From the IMG/VR virus record IMGVR_UViG_3300049048_000035, positions 31,856 to 95,855 of that record: a DNA stretch of 64,000 bases; one strand, 5' to 3'. The notes under the pieces were generated by a model. The model saw only the letters and a program-made list of their open reading frames with translations. It ran no database searches and was not told where the DNA came from. The DNA is from a virus. Its lineage: Duplodnaviria > Heunggongvirae > Uroviricota > Caudoviricetes. Shown piece by piece: positions 54,868 to 62,845 of this stretch (positions are counted from its first letter, which is position 1; each line of letters starts with the position of its first letter). The translations under genes were made by a program, and so were the position numbers.

Positions 54868-55254
54868 ATGGACATTCGTGGTCAAGTTAACAAGATCATC
54901 AACGCAGTTCAAAACGACGAACTGCAAGCATTCGGGGCCTGTCAGTATGAGGATGCCTATGGCAAATGCTGTGCCATCGGCTACTTGATGACGCCTGAGC
55001 AACGTGCTATGCTCATCGAAGGGAAAAACCAACGTGGTCGCCGCCTCAACCAAACCTCAATCAATGATCCTTATGTTGTTGCCGCCTTTGGCGGTGCCTC
55101 AGCCCTTGAGAAAGCCATTGGCATCCCTCTAGGACTTGCAGCAGATATCCAGTCTGCTTTTGATGAAGCAAACGAGTCTTTTGTGGACCCTGTGAGTGGG
55201 TTTGTCAATGCAGTTGAAGCGCTGTGCGCTGATTACGGAGTGGAGAAGAACTGA
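54868..55254 (+). CDS. hypothetical protein (128 aa)
   Basis: RBS aaggagaacatcATG. Confidence 0.45.
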   Translation: MDIRGQVNKIINAVQNDELQAFGACQYEDAYGKCCAIGYLMTPEQRAMLIEGKNQRGRRLNQTSINDPYVVAAFGGASALEKAIGIPLGLAADIQSAFDEANESFVDPVSGFVNAVEALCADYGVEKN

Positions 55255-55255
55255 A

Positions 55256-55432
55256 ATGGACGCATCCAAAAGCACTATGTACACCCTCGTTCGTGAGGGT
55301 AGCATGTGGTATGTGAAGACCAAGAGCCAAGGTATCGTGCAGTTCAAGAATACCCGGAAAACCTGGTGTCAAGAATGGATCATCAACAACGACCCTGAAC
55401 TGAGCAAACTCAATGAAGCTGCGGCAGCGTAA
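55256..55432 (+). CDS. hypothetical protein (58 aa)
   Basis: ATG 1 nt after the upstream stop. Confidence 0.35.
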   Translation: MDASKSTMYTLVREGSMWYVKTKSQGIVQFKNTRKTWCQEWIINNDPELSKLNEAAAA

Positions 55433-55625
55433 ACAGAGGTATCTTGCCCGAATTCTTCTCATTCCTGAGTATGGGAAGTTTGGATTCTACCAACGGTGTA
55501 AATACACCCACACATGGGCGCTCCCCTACAACTTCCCACGAAGAAACAAAGGGCACGGACCACTGCCGACCTAAAGAAAGACTTCCAAAATTGAGAATCC
55601 GCCTCTGGTGCAACGCTAGGGGCCT

Positions 55626-55778
55626 ATGAAAGCATACATGCAAGACAATCAAGCATTCCAGAAGATCGTGAAGACCAAACCCGCTGAGCGGGGCTACGAA
55701 GAACGCTACAGCAGCGACAAGCGCAAGAAGGACAGCAAGCCTTGGAAGCGCACAGACAAACGGAAGGTGTACGAATGA
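55626..55778 (+). CDS. small basic protein (50 aa)
   Basis: Lys/Arg-rich. ATGA coupling with the next gene. Confidence 0.3.
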   Translation: MKAYMQDNQAFQKIVKTKPAERGYEERYSSDKRKKDSKPWKRTDKRKVYE

Positions 55779-56071
55779 AGCTCCCCAACATCAAGCAATG
55801 GCATCAAGCCAAGCTGAAGAAGTCCCCGACGTACTTCTACTTTGTAGAGGGGATCAAGAGTTCACTGCAAATTTGGACTGCTGTTACAGTCTTCTGTACC
55901 ATCGTCATCTTCATTCCATCCCTAGTCATCATTTCATTCATTGAGTTCGGCTTCATGGGTGGGATGTTCACTCTGTTCACTGCTACGGCTGCCTACTGCT
56001 TCATCTACGCCTATGGTGTGGCTTCAGGCTGGTGGAATCGGGCAGAACACCACGATTACTGGCGACGTTAG
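55775..56071 (+). CDS. membrane protein (98 aa, 2 TM)
   Basis: Hydrophobic helices IWTAVTVFCTIVIFIPSLVIISFIEFGFMGGMFTLFTATAAYCFIYAY. Confidence 0.45.
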   Translation: MKLPNIKQWHQAKLKKSPTYFYFVEGIKSSLQIWTAVTVFCTIVIFIPSLVIISFIEFGFMGGMFTLFTATAAYCFIYAYGVASGWWNRAEHHDYWRR

Positions 56072-56079
56072 TAGGGGCA

Positions 56080-56109
56080 TTGACAACCCTTGAAGGTTGC
56101 TCATACAAT
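56080..56109 (+). promoter_or_regulatory. near-consensus sigma70-like promoter TTGACA-N18-TACAAT upstream of the recombinase
   Basis: gcatTGACAacccttgaaggttgctcaTACAATggc. Confidence 0.5.
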
Positions 56110-56132
56110 GGCTTCAACAACAGGAGCTAAGC

Positions 56133-56831
56133 ATGAACAAGCAGCAAGTCGTTGTCTACACCCGAGTCTCCACCAAGGAGCAAGGCAAGAGCGGGCTGGG
56201 CCTTGAAGCCCAGTTCTCCTACATCCAGAACTTCTGCCTCTTCAACAACCTCGAAATCATCTACGTTTACAAAGAGGTTCAGTCTGGTAAGGACGATGAC
56301 CGCCCCGAGTTGGCTAAGGCTTTTGCCCATGCCAAGAAGCTCGGGGCGTATGTCGTTGTGGCTAAGCTGGATCGTCTGTCGCGTGATGCTCACTTCATCA
56401 TGGGGCTCATGAAGAAGGGTGTGAAGTTCTACAGTGCTGAGCGTGGTATGGACGTTGACCCGTTCATGCTCCATCTTGACGCTATCCTTGCTGAGAAGGA
56501 GCGTCAGACGATTAGCCAGCGTACCAAGGCAGCCCTTGGGGTGAAGAAGGCTCAAGGCAAGAAGCTTGGTGGTTATCGGCCTGGTGCTGCTGAGGCTTCT
56601 GCTGCTGTGCAGAAGGAGCAAGCTTTGAAGTTTGCCCTGAAGCTGAAGCCGATGCTTGACCGTATGCGTGAGCAACGCATGACGACGGCTCAGATTGCCG
56701 AGGAATGGAACCGGCTGGGCATCACCACAGCCCGCAATGGAAAGTGGCATCCTGCCTCTGTTTCCCGCCTGCTGGACCGTCTGTATGAGGGTAACTACGC
56801 TCGCTTTGGGCGTGACCAGAAAGGAGAATGA
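56133..56831 (+). CDS. small serine recombinase (resolvase/invertase family)
   Basis: N-terminal catalytic domain [12 protein letters not shown] (Ser nucleophile) plus ...[15 protein letters not shown]-terminal HTH. RBS caggagctaagcATG. Confidence 0.85.
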   Translation: MNKQQVVVYTRVSTKEQGKSGLGLEAQFSYIQNFCLFNNLEIIYVYKEVQSGKDDDRPELAKAFAHAKKLGAYVVVAKLDRLSRDAHFIMGLMKKGVKFYSAERGMDVDPFMLHLDAILAEKERQTISQRTKAALGVKKAQGKKLGGYRPGAAEASAAVQKEQALKFALKLKPMLDRMREQRMTTAQIAEEWNRLGITTARNGKWHPASVSRLLDRLYEGNYARFGRDQKGE

Positions 56832-56832
56832 A

Positions 56833-56964
56833 ATGGTTAAGGAAGTCCCCGGGCCTGTGTGGCAGTGCCCTCAATGTCAAAGGCACTATGGGAGACATTT
56901 CTTCCGTTGTGCGTACTGCAAATTGCCACGACCCAATAAAGAAAAAGACCCTTCAGTCAGCTAG
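56833..56964 (+). CDS. small zinc-ribbon protein (43 aa)
   Basis: CPQC...CAYC. ATG 2 nt after the recombinase stop. Confidence 0.35.
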   Translation: MVKEVPGPVWQCPQCQRHYGRHFFRCAYCKLPRPNKEKDPSVS

Positions 56965-56971
56965 AGTATGG

Positions 56972-57000
56972 TTGACAGCCAATTAGAAATGACCTAGACT
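56972..57000 (+). promoter_or_regulatory. sigma70-like promoter TTGACA-N17-TAGACT
   Basis: ggTTGACAgccaattagaaatgaccTAGACT, about 50 nt upstream of ORF 57051. Confidence 0.4.
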
Positions 57001-57050
57001 TGGGCTATTCCTATTTCTACAGCCCAGTTTAGGGCATTGAGAGGGGCGCT

Positions 57051-57326
57051 ATGTTTACACACGACGAAAACCTGGCAATGAGGTTTGCACGCTTCATGCC
57101 TAACATGGATGCCGTTCGGGACATAAGCGAGGATATGTGCATTCGTAAAGTCACAGCCTTCAAAGACATGGCAGACTTAATGAGCACTTCCCCGGAGTAT
57201 GAACTAAAGCTGTGCCTGTCAAAGTGTGACAGCACGCTGTCATGTGCTATGATGGTTAAAGTTGCTAGGGCATTCAACCGAGAAGCCCGGAAGCTTGGAC
57301 AAGCACGAAGGGCTTTGTTCTATTAA
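57051..57326 (+). CDS. hypothetical protein (91 aa)
   Basis: Operon context. Confidence 0.4.
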   Translation: MFTHDENLAMRFARFMPNMDAVRDISEDMCIRKVTAFKDMADLMSTSPEYELKLCLSKCDSTLSCAMMVKVARAFNREARKLGQARRALFY

Positions 57327-57337
57327 GTGAGGATGTT

Positions 57338-57547
57338 ATGAAAATCTACCGACTCACCTATCGTGTGAAGACTGGTCGCCACTGGAAAGACAGGGAAGAC
57401 TACTTCACTTCACAGCTACGCTGTGCCACGTTGTTTGCAGACATGCTCAAGTTAATGGACGATGGGCACCAGCATTTGAAGCATGTAAAGATGGATGAGA
57501 TTACGGTGGATACCAATGAGTTCTGCAACAACCATAGTGGAGAATAA
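57338..57547 (+). CDS. hypothetical protein (69 aa)
   Basis: Operon context. Confidence 0.4.
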   Translation: MKIYRLTYRVKTGRHWKDREDYFTSQLRCATLFADMLKLMDDGHQHLKHVKMDEITVDTNEFCNNHSGE

Positions 57548-57548
57548 G

Positions 57549-57776
57549 GTGAAAGGTACAAAATTTCCAATAGACATTTGCATTATTGTCGCTGCTAGCA
57601 CAGGGCAGTTTGTCTTGGGTGTATGCCGAAGCGAAGTCCGGGAAGGACAAGTGGACTGGACGACGAATCGTGACGCGGCTCTCAAGTTTGAGAATAAGCA
57701 GCTTGCCTATGACTTCATCCGTAAGCATGAAGGCAAGGGGATCAACCTGAAAAACGCTAAGCCGATCAAACTATGA
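57549..57776 (+). CDS. hypothetical protein (75 aa, GTG start)
   Basis: RBS ggagaataaGGTG. Confidence 0.35.
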   Translation: MKGTKFPIDICIIVAASTGQFVLGVCRSEVREGQVDWTTNRDAALKFENKQLAYDFIRKHEGKGINLKNAKPIKL

Positions 57777-58114
57777 ACTACCCAATCGAACAGTTCTTTG
57801 AAGCGCTTGGCTTCAGGACTTACAACCAAAATGGACTGAGAGGGGCTAAGCGCCTCTTTCAGAAGCGCCTCGACAGGGAAGGCGTCACCAATTGCCACTG
57901 CAACGATAAGCTGTTCCTGACGGTTTATTACTATGACGAATGGATCGGCTCTCACCACCTTCATTCGTTGGAGTTTGAGATTGCTGGTAAGTCCCCCACT
58001 GACAACGAGTGGTACAAGCTGTCCACTTCCCGCAACGTTGGCGTGACAGCGGATGAGGTTCTAATCATCCAGAACAAATTGCTTGCGGCGTGGGAAGCGC
58101 TGCATGTGAACTAA
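57773..58114 (+). CDS. hypothetical protein (113 aa)
   Basis: ATGA coupling; followed by a terminator. Confidence 0.45.
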   Translation: MNYPIEQFFEALGFRTYNQNGLRGAKRLFQKRLDREGVTNCHCNDKLFLTVYYYDEWIGSHHLHSLEFEIAGKSPTDNEWYKLSTSRNVGVTADEVLIIQNKLLAAWEALHVN

Positions 58115-58120
58115 GCAATA

Positions 58121-58150
58121 GCCCCGCACTTGTGCGGGGCTTTTCCTTTT
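58121..58150 (+). terminator. rho-independent terminator
   Basis: gccccgca-cttg-tgcggggc followed by ttttcctttt. Confidence 0.7.
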
Positions 58151-58195
58151 GCTATAGTCATTCCATTCCAAACGACAACGCAGCAGGAGCCGAGC

Positions 58196-58390
58196 ATGTT
58201 CAACCAGCCAGTGACCAGCATCCGCACTCTGTCACCCCTCATGCAGCAGACTCGTTTCATCAAGAGCATCATCAACGAACCCGGGCCTTGGGCCATTGAG
58301 GCTTCCTTGGTGACTGCCTACCTGATGGAACAATTCGACTATGGCAACCATGACCTGATGGGCATGCTGCTGATGGGAGGGGAACTGTGA
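58196..58390 (+). CDS. hypothetical protein (64 aa)
   Basis: RBS caggagccgagcATG. Confidence 0.4.
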   Translation: MFNQPVTSIRTLSPLMQQTRFIKSIINEPGPWAIEASLVTAYLMEQFDYGNHDLMGMLLMGGEL

Positions 58391-58593
58391 CCCTCCAAGA
58401 CTGCATCCAGCTTGACGAAGCCATCATCAAAGCTGAAGGTCTGATGACCTTTGACGAATACTATGCCACGCTACCTCCCAACGACAGCTACGAGGCTTTC
58501 GAGGAAGCTTCCCAGTGTTGGGAGATTGCTCAAGAGCGGAAGTTCGCTAATTGGCTGGCCTTTCCTGGTGACAGGGTTGGGGCTTGCTGCTAA
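58387..58593 (+). CDS. hypothetical protein (68 aa)
   Basis: GTGA/ATGA-type overlap with the upstream gene. Confidence 0.35.
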   Translation: MTLQDCIQLDEAIIKAEGLMTFDEYYATLPPNDSYEAFEEASQCWEIAQERKFANWLAFPGDRVGACC

Positions 58594-58606
58594 GGAGAAT
58601 TGACAC

Positions 58607-58891
58607 ATGGCAAAGACCAATCGTAAAGGCTACAAGGGCAAGAAGTATGTCCGTCCTGTTCAGGTCCGCTACTACGCATCCGAGTCTGACATGCCTGACA
58701 ACTTCTGTGCATGGGGTGGCTGTGGCACTCGACGTGGGGTTGTTCGTGGGGCTATGGCTCACATTCTGGATGGCTACTACGTCATGGCCCGGGTGTATGA
58801 AGACGGAATCTGCACCATGACAATCAAGCTTGACGACCACGGGATGCCTGCTGCATACTTTGGAGGTCGGAAGATTCCGCCACTGTTCTAA
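58607..58891 (+). CDS. hypothetical protein (94 aa)
   Basis: RBS aaggagaattgacacATG. Confidence 0.45.
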   Translation: MAKTNRKGYKGKKYVRPVQVRYYASESDMPDNFCAWGGCGTRRGVVRGAMAHILDGYYVMARVYEDGICTMTIKLDDHGMPAAYFGGRKIPPLF

Positions 58892-58901
58892 GGAGAACCA
58901 A

Positions 58902-59168
58902 ATGGAAACTACACACTACGGGCAAATCAAAGCATCCATCAAGAACCTGTTGTACATGGCCGATGAAATGGATTTTTTGGTGACTGCCTGTGAGATTGCA
59001 GGCAATGATAAGATGGCAAAGAAGTTTGAGCAGTTTGCTATTCGTGCGAAGGCAAATGCTGAAGCTATTCAAGAAGCCCTTGATGCAGACATTCAGGAAC
59101 AGTTTGACGAATCTACGGCACAAATGGGCCGGATTTTGGCAACGTTGGTGGAAAAGAATGACCCCTGA
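58902..59168 (+). CDS. hypothetical protein (88 aa)
   Basis: RBS aaggagaaccaaATG. Confidence 0.45.
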   Translation: METTHYGQIKASIKNLLYMADEMDFLVTACEIAGNDKMAKKFEQFAIRAKANAEAIQEALDADIQEQFDESTAQMGRILATLVEKNDP

Positions 59169-59331
59169 ACAAATGTGGGAGAGGTTTGTGGAATTGCTGA
59201 GGCATGAACAACCTCTGCGTGACCCACGTAAGATGAAGCCTGACGAAATCATGCCCTACCACACCAACTTCCTAGGCAGCGTTGCCAGCTACAAGGAAGT
59301 GTTTCTCAAGGCAAGCAAGGAGCAACCATGA
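59158..59331 (+). CDS. hypothetical protein (57 aa)
   Basis: Overlaps the upstream stop. Confidence 0.3.
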   Translation: MTPEQMWERFVELLRHEQPLRDPRKMKPDEIMPYHTNFLGSVASYKEVFLKASKEQP

Positions 59332-59519
59332 ACATCCAACGAGCAATCGACCGCCTCGCTTTCCTGATTGATGCTGAAACCATGCTGAAGCGGGAGCTTG
59401 AGAAAGCCTATTTGCTGGCTACTGACCGGGAAAAGGTTCTTCTGACGCTGGGCATGATTTCCAACTGTCAGTCCCGGATTGACCAACTCAACCTGGTGCT
59501 GAAGGACTTGCAGGAATAA
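59328..59519 (+). CDS. hypothetical coiled-coil protein (63 aa)
   Basis: ATGA coupling. Confidence 0.4.
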   Translation: MNIQRAIDRLAFLIDAETMLKRELEKAYLLATDREKVLLTLGMISNCQSRIDQLNLVLKDLQE

Positions 59520-59601
59520 TTTTGGACTTTTTGCCCAAGGTCAGAAGTTTTCCAAACTGATTTCCCAAATTTGGGGCATATGCCCTCTACAAGCCAACAA
59601 A

Positions 59602-59829
59602 ATGAGCCGACCTATGCCGTGGTATTACCGAAGCTCTTTCATGCGATTCTGGCACGTTCTGACGCTTTGTGTGGCCCTTGCCATAGCATTCATTGCTGGG
59701 GCAGGGTACGAAAGGCAGAAACAAGCCAAGAAGCCTACCACAAATGTCCGACAAGAATGTGGGGCTGTTCCCACAGGGGAGCCTACTTCCATTAAGATGA
59801 GCCCACAGCAATTGGAGAAGATGACATGA
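59602..59829 (+). CDS. membrane protein (75 aa, 1 TM)
   Basis: TM segment HVLTLCVALAIAFIAGAGY. Confidence 0.4.
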   Translation: MSRPMPWYYRSSFMRFWHVLTLCVALAIAFIAGAGYERQKQAKKPTTNVRQECGAVPTGEPTSIKMSPQQLEKMT

Positions 59830-60032
59830 CATACGTGTTCAAAGACTTGAATGCAATCGCTGAATTCTTCTTGCAAAGGGCTAGCGAAGAAGACAAACTT
59901 CGTTCAACGTACACCCGTGACACTGGTACTAAAACTCAACGCAGCCCTGTGATTGCTGCTTCCAATGGACGCTCCGCAGTGTGGCGTCAAGCTGCTGATA
60001 TCTTGAAGAACACTCACCTTGAGGATAACTAA
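59826..60032 (+). CDS. hypothetical protein (68 aa)
   Basis: ATGA coupling. Confidence 0.4.
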   Translation: MTYVFKDLNAIAEFFLQRASEEDKLRSTYTRDTGTKTQRSPVIAASNGRSAVWRQAADILKNTHLEDN

Positions 60033-60232
60033 TGGCCCGCTACAAAGATGCTATCTGGTGGATCGTCGCCAATGACGACACTGAATTCCTGAATGATGAG
60101 GAACCCAGCTTGAGCGTCAGTGCTGTGCTGGTGGCTGATTTGTTCGAGAAGGATGACGAGGTTGTCTTGGCTGATCTTCGCAAGGAGAAGGAGCGGCAAC
60201 TGAAGGAGAAGCGCAATGCGCAGGGTGGTTAG
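60032..60232 (+). CDS. hypothetical acidic protein (66 aa)
   Basis: Last ORF with host-genome-typical (native) codon usage. Confidence 0.4.
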   Translation: MARYKDAIWWIVANDDTEFLNDEEPSLSVSAVLVADLFEKDDEVVLADLRKEKERQLKEKRNAQGG

Positions 60233-60380
60233 GTCTAAGCGCTTGACTCAGCACTTGGGCACCAAGCGTGTCCGTAGAATCATCATGCGCAACATGATGC
60301 AGGACAGGTGCATTGATTGGTGGGAGCGTGTAGGCATCGTGCGATGCTACGAATTGGGCTCCCGGGCCAGAGAAAAATAA
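60216..60380 (+). CDS. possible small Arg-rich protein (54 aa)
   Basis: Start overlaps the previous stop; very basic. Could equally be noncoding. Confidence 0.2.
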   Translation: MRRVVRSKRLTQHLGTKRVRRIIMRNMMQDRCIDWWERVGIVRCYELGSRAREK

Positions 60381-60639
60381 TTCCAAGCTGGCCCAGCCCG
60401 CCAGAAAAAAATTTAAAAGCAGCTTCTATATTTATATAGGGAGGGCCAGGTGGCCTGGATGCTGCACCCGCACATCGGCTAAGGCGTAAAAATTACCGAC
60501 AGCCCTACTGCCAGAATGGGTATTGCCCGGTAAGATTTACAAACCCTTTCAAATCAAGCACTTACGCCCGCTTTCGCGGGCTTTGCTTTAGCTCCCGCTG
60601 CTAACCCGTTGATTCATATAGGAATCCGCCGATGGATCG

Positions 60640-60710
60640 TCCCGGACGCATCCCGGACCCCCTTCCGGGGCCTGAGCTAACCCCCTTGGGGCCGTCCCTC
60701 TGGCCGTCCC
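60640..60710. repeat. iteron-like short direct repeats (TCCCGGAC x2 and GGCCGTCCC x2)
   Basis: TCCCGGAC at 60640-47 and 60651-58. GGCCGTCCC at 60689-97 and 60702-10. They lie immediately upstream of the DnaA boxes. Confidence 0.5.
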
Positions 60711-60717
60711 GGCCGGG

Positions 60718-60762
60718 TTATCCACAGCAAACACACACTGTAAGGTTTACATTGTGGATATC
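60718..60762. promoter_or_regulatory. inverted pair of DnaA boxes (TTATCCACA ... TGTGGATAT)
   Basis: 60718-26 is TTATCCACA, an exact match to the consensus. 60754-62 is the reverse complement of ATATCCACA (8/9). Spacing is 27 bp. Confidence 0.55.
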
Positions 60763-61128
60763 TTGTGCATACCTCGCCAGAGAGAATCCACGGATTGACG
60801 GTGACACCTAGCGGCATTGCCCATGCCACAATTTCCCGCCCGCGAATCTCACGCCATCCTTACGGAATGCTTACGCCCGACATAATTAGTCGGGAATCGT
60901 TGACGCTCTCGCGTAAGCTATGGTAGGGCTATGGCCAGGCCAAAAGCTATAGCCTAGGGCTATAACGGGACCAAAGCAAAGCCCGTGCCAGAAAGAATAG
61001 GCACCCGTGCTGCCAGCAAAGAAGTAAACATTACAAACGCTCAGGAAGGGGCCTAAACGGGCCTAGAAGCGTTTTTTCGCTTTGGACGTACTGCCCCCTT
61101 CCAAAATTTAGTTTGTGCAACCTGCGGC

Positions 61129-61188
61129 TTTTCACAAGTTATCCACAAGCTTCCGCCTAGGCAAAACGACAGGTTATCCACAAGCTTT
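61129..61188. promoter_or_regulatory. two direct DnaA boxes embedded in a 15-bp direct repeat GTTATCCACAAGCTT, plus an upstream TTTTCACAA half-match
   Basis: TTATCCACA at 61139-47 and 61174-82. Confidence 0.55.
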
Positions 61189-61715
61189 AAGGTTTGTGTC
61201 CTATTTGTAACGTGGCACGGGGTTTGCTTAGTTGCCGGCTTTTGGGCCTATTTCCTTACAAACTAGTCAATTAACACCTTGTTACAAAAAAATTTTGGCT
61301 TAGCTAAGTGCTTGATTCATAAGGGAAAAATGGCATTACGGGCCAGGCCGGGGCCGGGTCTATAGGGTCGAACCCTAATGCGCGTGACACTTTTCGGGAG
61401 CCCAATAGCGATGCGGACGGGGCGTGACAAACACGAAACGGACGCCCCGGCAGAAGTCGGTGCGGGAAGCGAACCCGGACCCGAAAGGGAATCAAAGCAC
61501 GCGAAGGGGGAACTAAAGGGCTTGACCCTATACCCGTAGCGGGACCGCTTAGACCTAGGGGCAGCAACCCTAGCGAGTGCGAAGCTAGATAGACCCTCCC
61601 GGGGCTATCTTGAGGGAACCCAAAGCCGGGAGGCACGGGGAACCCTCCTAAGCCCCTAGGGGCTATACATAGCGCCAGCGTTGACGCTATGCCCTAACCC
61701 CTAAAGGAATGCACT

Positions 61716-61874
61716 ATGTATCAGGTTACCTATACGGACGGAAACGTCCTCCGCAAAATGTCCTCCCCTTCCTTTGCCGATGCTCGGGCGTTTTTCCTGA
61801 GCATGGAATACCGGCCCGGGATTCGCCCCCGGCTTTGGTGGATCAAGGGCGAAACCTGCAATTTGCTGGCCTAA
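61716..61874 (+). CDS. small hypothetical protein (52 aa)
   Basis: RBS ctaaaggaatgcactATG. Ends just before a hairpin terminator. Codon usage differs from the main genome. Confidence 0.4.
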   Translation: MYQVTYTDGNVLRKMSSPSFADARAFFLSMEYRPGIRPRLWWIKGETCNLLA

Positions 61875-61878
61875 ACGG

Positions 61879-61907
61879 AAAGCCCCTTAGTTTGGGGCTT
61901 TGGGTTT
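61879..61907 (+). terminator. hairpin terminator (aaagcccc-ttagttt-ggggcttt + T-rich)
   Basis: Read directly from the sequence. Confidence 0.55.
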
Positions 61908-61934
61908 ACGTCAACCCCTACAGAAAGGGCTTAT

Positions 61935-62153
61935 ATGTCGATTCTCAATAATGCTCAAGCCACGGCTATTTATGTCGCTATGGTTTCCCTCAATAACGTA
62001 GGCGGGCGGGTGGATTGTTCGATTATGGAAGCGGGAAAAACAATCCGGGTTTTTGAAGAAATTAACGGATCAATCCTTGTTTCCTGCAATTTGCGGGATT
62101 TTGAGGAATATGAAAATCAAAACGCATTTGCCGAAGCTTACGGCTTGAACTAA
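61935..62153 (+). CDS. hypothetical protein (72 aa)
   Basis: RBS not obvious; good ORF between two terminators. Confidence 0.4.
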   Translation: MSILNNAQATAIYVAMVSLNNVGGRVDCSIMEAGKTIRVFEEINGSILVSCNLRDFEEYENQNAFAEAYGLN

Positions 62154-62163
62154 GGGGGGATAC

Positions 62164-62331
62164 ATGGCACGGGAAAGCCGTAGCGAACGGGACGCAAACG
62201 AAACCGGGTTTCGGTCCTATCCAATCCGCCAGCATTACAAACCGGCCCCCCGGGCTAATAAAGCCGTCCGGGTTTGTGTTTGGTTTGCAGTGTTTGCCGT
62301 TATCGGCGTTTTGATTGCGAAGGGGATTTAA
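62164..62331 (+). CDS. possible tail-anchored small membrane protein (55 aa)
   Basis: RBS aaggggggatacATG. C-terminal TM segment VRVCVWFAVFAVIGVLIA. TAATATG overlap with the next gene. Confidence 0.3.
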   Translation: MARESRSERDANETGFRSYPIRQHYKPAPRANKAVRVCVWFAVFAVIGVLIAKGI

Positions 62332-62332
62332 T

Positions 62333-62488
62333 ATGCTGGATGATGCTATTAATTACCTTGTCTCCCTTATTTCCGAGGGGATGGAATATCCCGATGCGGA
62401 ATGGAAAACGATCCGTAAATTCCAACTGTCAAACGATGACGCTCAGGAATTGCGGGAAATGTACGATTACTACCATCGGGAGGAATGA
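62333..62488 (+). CDS. small hypothetical protein (51 aa)
   Basis: RBS aaggggatttaatATG. Confidence 0.35.
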   Translation: MLDDAINYLVSLISEGMEYPDAEWKTIRKFQLSNDDAQELREMYDYYHREE

Positions 62489-62557
62489 ATGATTCTCCGC
62501 GCTTTGCTTGAACAAGCCCGGAAGATTCCGCCGGGAACGATTAAATAAGGGGGTTAT

Positions 62558-62779
62558 ATGGTCAAACTAGAATGGGGCTACATTGTCACTCAAGCGGAAA
62601 TGCAAGCGGGATTTAACCGAAAGGACCGGGAATTTAAAACGGTTTTAGCCCACTGCAATAACCCGTTTATGGCCGAAACACTAGCCGAAGGGGCAAGCGC
62701 TAAGGGATTTACTGGCATGGGATTTGAAGGGCCGGTGAAATTGGCCGATTATCCTATCGGCATGGAAATTGAGGAATAA
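62558..62779 (+). CDS. hypothetical protein (73 aa)
   Basis: RBS aagggggttatATG; followed by a terminator. Confidence 0.45.
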   Translation: MVKLEWGYIVTQAEMQAGFNRKDREFKTVLAHCNNPFMAETLAEGASAKGFTGMGFEGPVKLADYPIGMEIEE

Positions 62780-62783
62780 ACGG

Positions 62784-62815
62784 AAAGCCCCTAACGCGGG
62801 GGCTTTGGTTTGTTT
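62784..62815 (+). terminator. hairpin terminator (aaagcccc-taacgc-ggggcttt + ggtttgttt)
   Basis: Read directly from the sequence. Confidence 0.55.
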
Positions 62816-62845
62816 CTTGTCACGTACAAACGAAAGGGGCACGTT

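Noticed and set aside
60421-60445. T7-class phage promoter resemblance (tatatttatatagggagg)
   Set aside because: Single occurrence. No phage RNA polymerase gene in the window. No similar sequence upstream of the late genes, whose intergenic gaps are only 10-30 nt.
61355-61375. tRNA-like T-arm resemblance (agggtcgaaccct)
   Set aside because: The loop is 5 nt rather than 7. No acceptor, D-stem or anticodon stem can be built around it, so it is not a tRNA.
61304-61636. 110-aa minus-strand ORF in the ORF-free region
   Set aside because: Pro/Gly/Arg-rich translation typical of random GC-rich DNA. It lies within the structured noncoding region and has no RBS.
61709-61951. 80-aa ORF in frame starting MHYVSGYLYG
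   Set aside because: It reads through the hairpin terminator at 61879-61907 and into the next gene. The overlapping frame starting at 61716 (52 aa) ends just before the terminator and is preferred.
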